A DNA stretch of 64,000 nucleotides. Origin: Hydrolagus colliei (taxonomy: Eukaryota). Both the position numbers and the translations under genes were made by a program. A model generated the notes under the pieces. That model made no database searches and was not told the origin of the DNA. It saw nothing but the letters and a program-made list of their open reading frames with translations. The stretch lies in the NCBI GenBank assembly GCA_035084275.1, contig CM068748.1:15748001-15812000 (forward strand), read 5' to 3'. Positions 59,101 through 64,000 of this stretch are shown here, piece after piece (positions within the stretch are counted from its first letter, which is position 1; each line of letters begins with the position of its first letter).

Positions 59101-59392
59101 ATTAATAAGAATTCTTGCATTTGATATAGCGCTTTTCAATCTTATTGACGTCTCAAAGTGCTTCATAGAATATACTGTAAAGTGAATTGAATGTACATTT
59201 GTGGGTGAAACGCGGCAGCCAATTGTGCACAGCAGTGTCCCACAAACTGTCTTGGATTGAAATTTGTTTTGAGGGATTATTATTAGGCTTGTGGAGTAAG
59301 GAAACTTGCCCACGGTTTCACCCTGCCTGGATTCAAACACAGGTCTCACACTTGTAAGGCGAGTGCTCTAACCACTGAGCTACAGGACTCCA
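59101..59392 (-). mobile_element. tRNA-derived SINE, same family
   Basis: reverse complement of the 60679 element, including head GGAGTCCTGTAGCTCAGTGGTTAGAGCACTCGCC. Confidence 0.9.
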
Positions 59393-60678
59393 GATGTATA
59401 AACAAGACATTAATTTGGCAAAACATTAAAGATGCATAATGTAGGTTTACACAGTAACTATAGGAAGGGGTTTTGATTTCCTTGTTGATAATCAAAATGA
59501 AAATGCCTTTTTTTCTGACAATTCACTTGTCAGAAACCAAAACTCAGAATTAGCCAGCGGTCTGCTTGTTTCTGCTAATTTCAAAGCAGACAATATCAGT
59601 AAAGCTCGTATTACATTATAATGCAAACGGCTTTAAAGGGAAAATTGACTGCAGTGAAAGAATCACCCAAATTCCTATCAAGAAAATGTGCTCTTACAAC
59701 CTGCAATAATGCAGCAAAAGCGAGAATCCCAAACTCATCTTAGCTTTCAGAATTTGTACAGAATTGTTTCCTTACATTTCCAGCATCTGTACCACCAACA
59801 ATTAGTATTAATTCCTTGTTTTCCAAATTCTTCAAACAGTTTCCTTATCTTTCACAAATTTAACCAGGAGATACCAGCCCTTGGTTCAGCTCTACTCTTA
59901 ATCCTATTCATTGATCAACATTATTGGCTTCTGTATCTCCACTGATCTCAAATTGAGTTCTCATATCTTGATGACTAAACCTGATTCCAATGACACTAAT
60001 TTCCTCTTTTGTTCCAAACACTTTTTTTGCAGTCAATAACACTCAACTTGCTATGACGTCCAAGTCATACTAAAAAAAAATGACACTGATTTCTAAAATG
60101 CATTAGCTAACCTTCATTCAGAGCTACATGACAACAAATGAGCAATTTACAAAAATAAGGATGGAATCTATAATTGGTGCTTGTTTCTGTCTGATATTTA
60201 TCAGCAGCAATCATTTAAGATGTGCTGTTGCACTAGCTGTTAATGCAGAAGATAACTACTAGAATAACTGAATAAAACCTTTCCAATCAGAAATAATATG
60301 TGCTGACATCTGAGAGTAAAATGCAAATCCAAATAATAGGCAATTTGTTGGTATTGGGGAATGCAGCCAAATCCATCAACTCTAATAATTGTAAAAGAAT
60401 TGACTATGTAAGGAGCAATATTAGTTACACTTTTGACTTTGTCGTGTGAGACTTTAACCTTTCATTAGAGAAAGTTTGCTGATTCACATTGTTATTTTGG
60501 GTTGTATTGATTGATTCAATAGTTTAAATCTACAAATCAAGGCTGCTGTTCCAAATGTTGGACATATTTTGACATATTGGGAATAAACAAATAGTTATAT
60601 GTAAAATGTCATGAAGTAGGACTTGACAATGATCATCTAATAATAATCTCAAATAATAATTTGATATAGCCTTATGTG

Positions 60679-60972
60679 TGGTGCTGTAGCTCAGTGGTTA
60701 CGCCTTGCAAGTGAGAAACCTGAGTTCAATTCCAGGCAGGGCAAAATCTTGGGCAGGTTTCCTTACTCCACACGCCTAATAATAATCCCTCCAAAAACCC
60801 CCCAATAATTTTGTCAATCCACAATCGTTTTGTGGGACACTGCTGTGCACAATTGGCTGCTGCGTTTCGCCCACAAATATAGTCAATTCATTTTGCAGCA
60901 TATTCTGTGAAGTGCTTTGTGACATCCAGAAGACATCAAAAGCACTATATCAAATTCAAGGATTCTTATTAT
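60679..60972 (+). mobile_element. tRNA-derived SINE (SINE2-type, Deu-like core, L2-like tail)
   Basis: A box TAGCTCAGTGG, B box GTTCAATTCC, core GGGACACTGCTGTGCACAATTGGCTGCTGCGTTTCGCC, tail TATATCAAATTCAAGGATTCTTATT. Confidence 0.9.
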
Positions 60973-62166
60973 CATGTCACTAATCTTTCAAAGTGCTTCA
61001 CAATAAAATGTGTATTCTGTGGGCAAAACAGGAATGATGTAGGAAAAACAAAGATTTAGCCCCCAAAATGGAAGGAAAATAGTAAAATGATATTAAAATG
61101 TATCTGGCGAAAAATTTGTCATGCGATTCATTTTGCTTTCTTAGAGAGAAGAATTAGCATTTAAATCGTTTTAAGCTACGTGACTTAATTTTAAAAAATT
61201 CTGAAGAGAAACTGAATCGAATAGAGGAAAAAAAATTAAGCATTTTGATGTATGTGTGGGAGAATTTGTCAACAACTATACAATATCTTTTTTTTCTGAA
61301 AATAAAGGTACAGTATTTGTTGAAGACAATTCTCATGTGAAATTAGTTTTCAGATGACACTGCATGTGTCATCTTGCACGGATATTATTCAAGTCAAATT
61401 ATATTTAGCTAGACCCCTCCTTCCGCTGTGTAGCATTATTTTTTACTCCACTAGAGAATGCATTTGTAGTTTAAAACAGTAAATAAATATCTCCAGGTTT
61501 AATACTCAACATTGACATAATTTCAACCCTTCTATAAGTTTTCTCCCAGACCTGTTTTTTTTATTTTTATAGTGTGTGTTGTACACAGATCGCTTAAACT
61601 TTTTTTTCATTATTGTATTGAAGAAGCAATATAAATGGCTCTAATTTTATTCGTCACAAATGATTAATTCTATTCAATCACTTCAGCAGGGGTGTTCTGT
61701 CTTTCCGGTTCTGTCAGGTAAGTGTATAGTTTATCACCTGTCCAATTTGGTTTTAAATGTCTTCACGAGACAACTCCACTGAAAGCACCCTCACTTCAGA
61801 ACATTAATTTTTTTTGTTTCTGTGAGTCTTTTCTGGAGGGTTACACTCGTGGAAAATTATTGATAAAAATCCAAGATTGTTTTAAAGCTACATTTTCCTG
61901 AGAAACATCTAGCAAGCTGTCCAATGTTTGTTTACCAACATGTAATGTGACGACCCAAATGGAACTCAGTTCATCATGTTTATTGTTGCGCTGCAGTGCT
62001 GAAAACATCATGACTTCTGTATTCTTGACCAAAAACACTTTTTTTTCATGGTTAGCTGAGGCCTGTCTAATACTGGCCTTTCAGATGCAGGACTTAAGAG
62101 CAAATGCATTACTTGGTGTAGGATTCTTCCTATTCTTTTCTGCTAAATCTGTAAGCCAAAGCTGTA

Positions 62167-62455
62167 CAGTAAAACCTTGATGATCCGACATTCCAAAAGT
62201 GGGCAACTCCCTAAAACCAGCAAGATTTCAAAATACATACAGCATTAGACTTTTTCCGATGTCCAGCAAATCTCCTGAAGTTCGGAACGGCTGGTTGTAG
62301 TTCCCAACATAGACGCACTTTCATCCTGTGCTATGGGTGGAGCGCGGCTTCAATGCTCTTCCCCGGTCATTTCTAGGCAGTTTTTAAACACCAGCAAAAT
62401 CCAATATCCGGGAGGTGTGTGGGCCCAACCGTGCTGGATTATAGAGGTTTTACTA
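62167..62455. mobile_element. Tigger/pogo-like MITE (about 290 bp)
   Basis: TA|CAGTAAAACCTTGATGATCC ... GGATTATAGAGGTTTTACTA|TA; imperfect TIRs with TA target duplication. Confidence 0.75.
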
Positions 62456-63689
62456 TAATCGGAATAATTATTCCACATATGCGGATGAACCCAATTCAAC
62501 TTCTCTAGCTGCGACTACTAGTCTGTCGATATCCTCTCAGTTTATTTGACAGACATCAATGTCCGGATGAGCAAATAATAAAGTTTATTTAAGCCTCAAG
62601 ACAAGGACTAAAATTGTGTTTTCAAAGCATATTTTGTAAAAAAAAACGAATTCTGAGTTGAAATTTAACACAGGAGCTTTGCTCTGAAAGATGCTCTGAT
62701 CAGAATTCAGGATTGTCTTTTTGAGGGGGTGAGCCGGGTGTCTGACACATGTGTCTGTCTATCACCATGCTTTCAAACCAAGCTGAGATTTCCATGGATC
62801 CCTCCCGCTCATAGAAATTCCAGAGTTTTTGAAATGGAATGGAATGTGCGTTGGGATACAGCTGGAGTCTAATCAGCTATAGCTGCCATTTATATTGTTG
62901 CCCAGCAAGCTTTCACATTACTTGTCCAGCTAGGACTACCCTACCCATTAGGGCTCTGACTTGCAGAGTTTACAGGAGCTTGTCAAATGGGTTGAATGAC
63001 TCTTTAACGTTTCATGATTTATGTTCTTAGAATTCTAAGTTCCTCTATCAATTTTATTTTGCTAGGCTACCATTGGAATGAAAATCTGAACAATGGTTAA
63101 ACATAGGAAGAAAACCACACCTGAGGCTGGCTGCATCCTGTTAAAAATGAGAAGTTTGAAAAACATAAATTTTGTCAAAGTTGAACCATCTTCACAGGTG
63201 ATGAGTTGGCAGAAATTCTTCTTTGCTTTTTTTAAAAAAAACCTGGCTGTCCTTGGGATATCCTCTTGACGTAAAAGGCACAATATAAATGCAATTTCTT
63301 TTTCTTGCAATCCTCCTGGAGATATGCGAATAGATTGATTATGTTGCCTCTCAGTTTGAATCGTTGGACTTAAATTTAGATGTTTGGAGTTGGAGAATTA
63401 AGTGTATTCTCTTAATTTAATGTATAAAACTGGCAAAATAATGTCGCCCTTGTTATCTGGGAGTTGACGTAATTGGCAGAAATCCAGTACTTTTTATAAC
63501 TTTCTGAAAAGAAGACAATTTAGCACTTTAGACATTAAAACCAAATGGTAATTACAATTTGTAAGGATTTTACAACCACTGTAAAACTCTCAACACAATT
63601 GATTGGCCTGGAAATTGTTCCTTAGGACAGTGTTCAAATCATTGATGCACATCTTGTGAGAGTAGCTCAAAGCTAACTATGGGGGGATT

Positions 63690-64000
63690 CAGCAACAACA
63701 ACAACAAAATTGCACTCATAAAGCACCTTTCACGTTGGGAGGACGTCCCAAAGCGCTGAACAGTCAGGTCGGGACCCGAGCTGGGGTGGGTGGGTGGGTG
63801 GGGAAGGGGAAGGAGAGTGGGAGAGGGGGAAGAGTTAGTGGGGCAGCCGAAGGCGCAGTCGAAGAGGAAGGTCTTGAGACCGGCCTTGAAGGATGAAAGG
63901 GAAGAAGCGGAGGGGCTGTGGGATGGAGTTCCACAGTGTGGGAGCAGAGACTGAAAGCCCGGCCGCCTATTGTTGGGCGGTGGTCGCGGATCAGGTCTGA
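63690..64000 (-). mobile_element. L2 LINE 3' end (runs off window)
   Basis: (CAA)n tail + gcacctttcacgttgggaggacgtccc; same family as 9776-10308. Confidence 0.85.

Larger units (their letters stand above)
57700..63137 (-). pseudogene. possible highly decayed LRR-receptor (TLR-like) pseudogene
   Basis: acceptor followed by signal-peptide-like MQPASGVVFFLCLTIVQIFIPMVA*; LRR-like scraps SQRTFHSISKTLEFL, EGAFSGVVS*RHLK, TNAFSSGVKN; many stops, frameshifts and TE insertions; boundaries approximate. Confidence 0.3.

Noticed and set aside
60679-60745. tRNA-like sequence
   Set aside because: SINE head continuing into core and tail; no complete cloverleaf
61687-61717. + strand mini-exon with CAG|gtaagt donor downstream of DLG5
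   Set aside because: Isolated splice signals with no partner exon or ORF

Overview
AT-rich vertebrate genomic DNA. The tRNA-headed, Deu-core SINEs with L2-type tails, the L2/CR1 LINEs and the Penelope-type repeats point to a cartilaginous fish, probably a holocephalan (inference). The window holds almost the whole DLG5 (discs large MAGUK scaffold 5) gene on the + strand. I traced 32 GT-AG coding exons from 9694 to the TAG at 54937. They total 5837 nt and form one continuous frame: coiled-coil, PDZ1-2, Pro/Ser-rich linker, PDZ3-4, SH3, GUK. The CARD-encoding exon 1 is not seen and presumably lies upstream. Exon numbers follow the human gene as I recall it. Beyond the standard gene I see: one extra coiled-coil exon; three frame-preserving cassette/micro-exon candidates in the linker; a candidate internal promoter/first exon; a candidate stop-containing or alternative 5' exon; a perfect 20-bp hairpin before exon 2; two inverted copies of a minisatellite-bearing Tc1/mariner MITE bracketing exons 2-28; minimal hammerhead-ribozyme cores in Penelope-type repeats; and a possible heavily decayed LRR/TLR-like pseudogene on the minus strand downstream. 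No prokaryotic-type system (CRISPR, operon) is present. Most ORFs in the supplied track are spurious.
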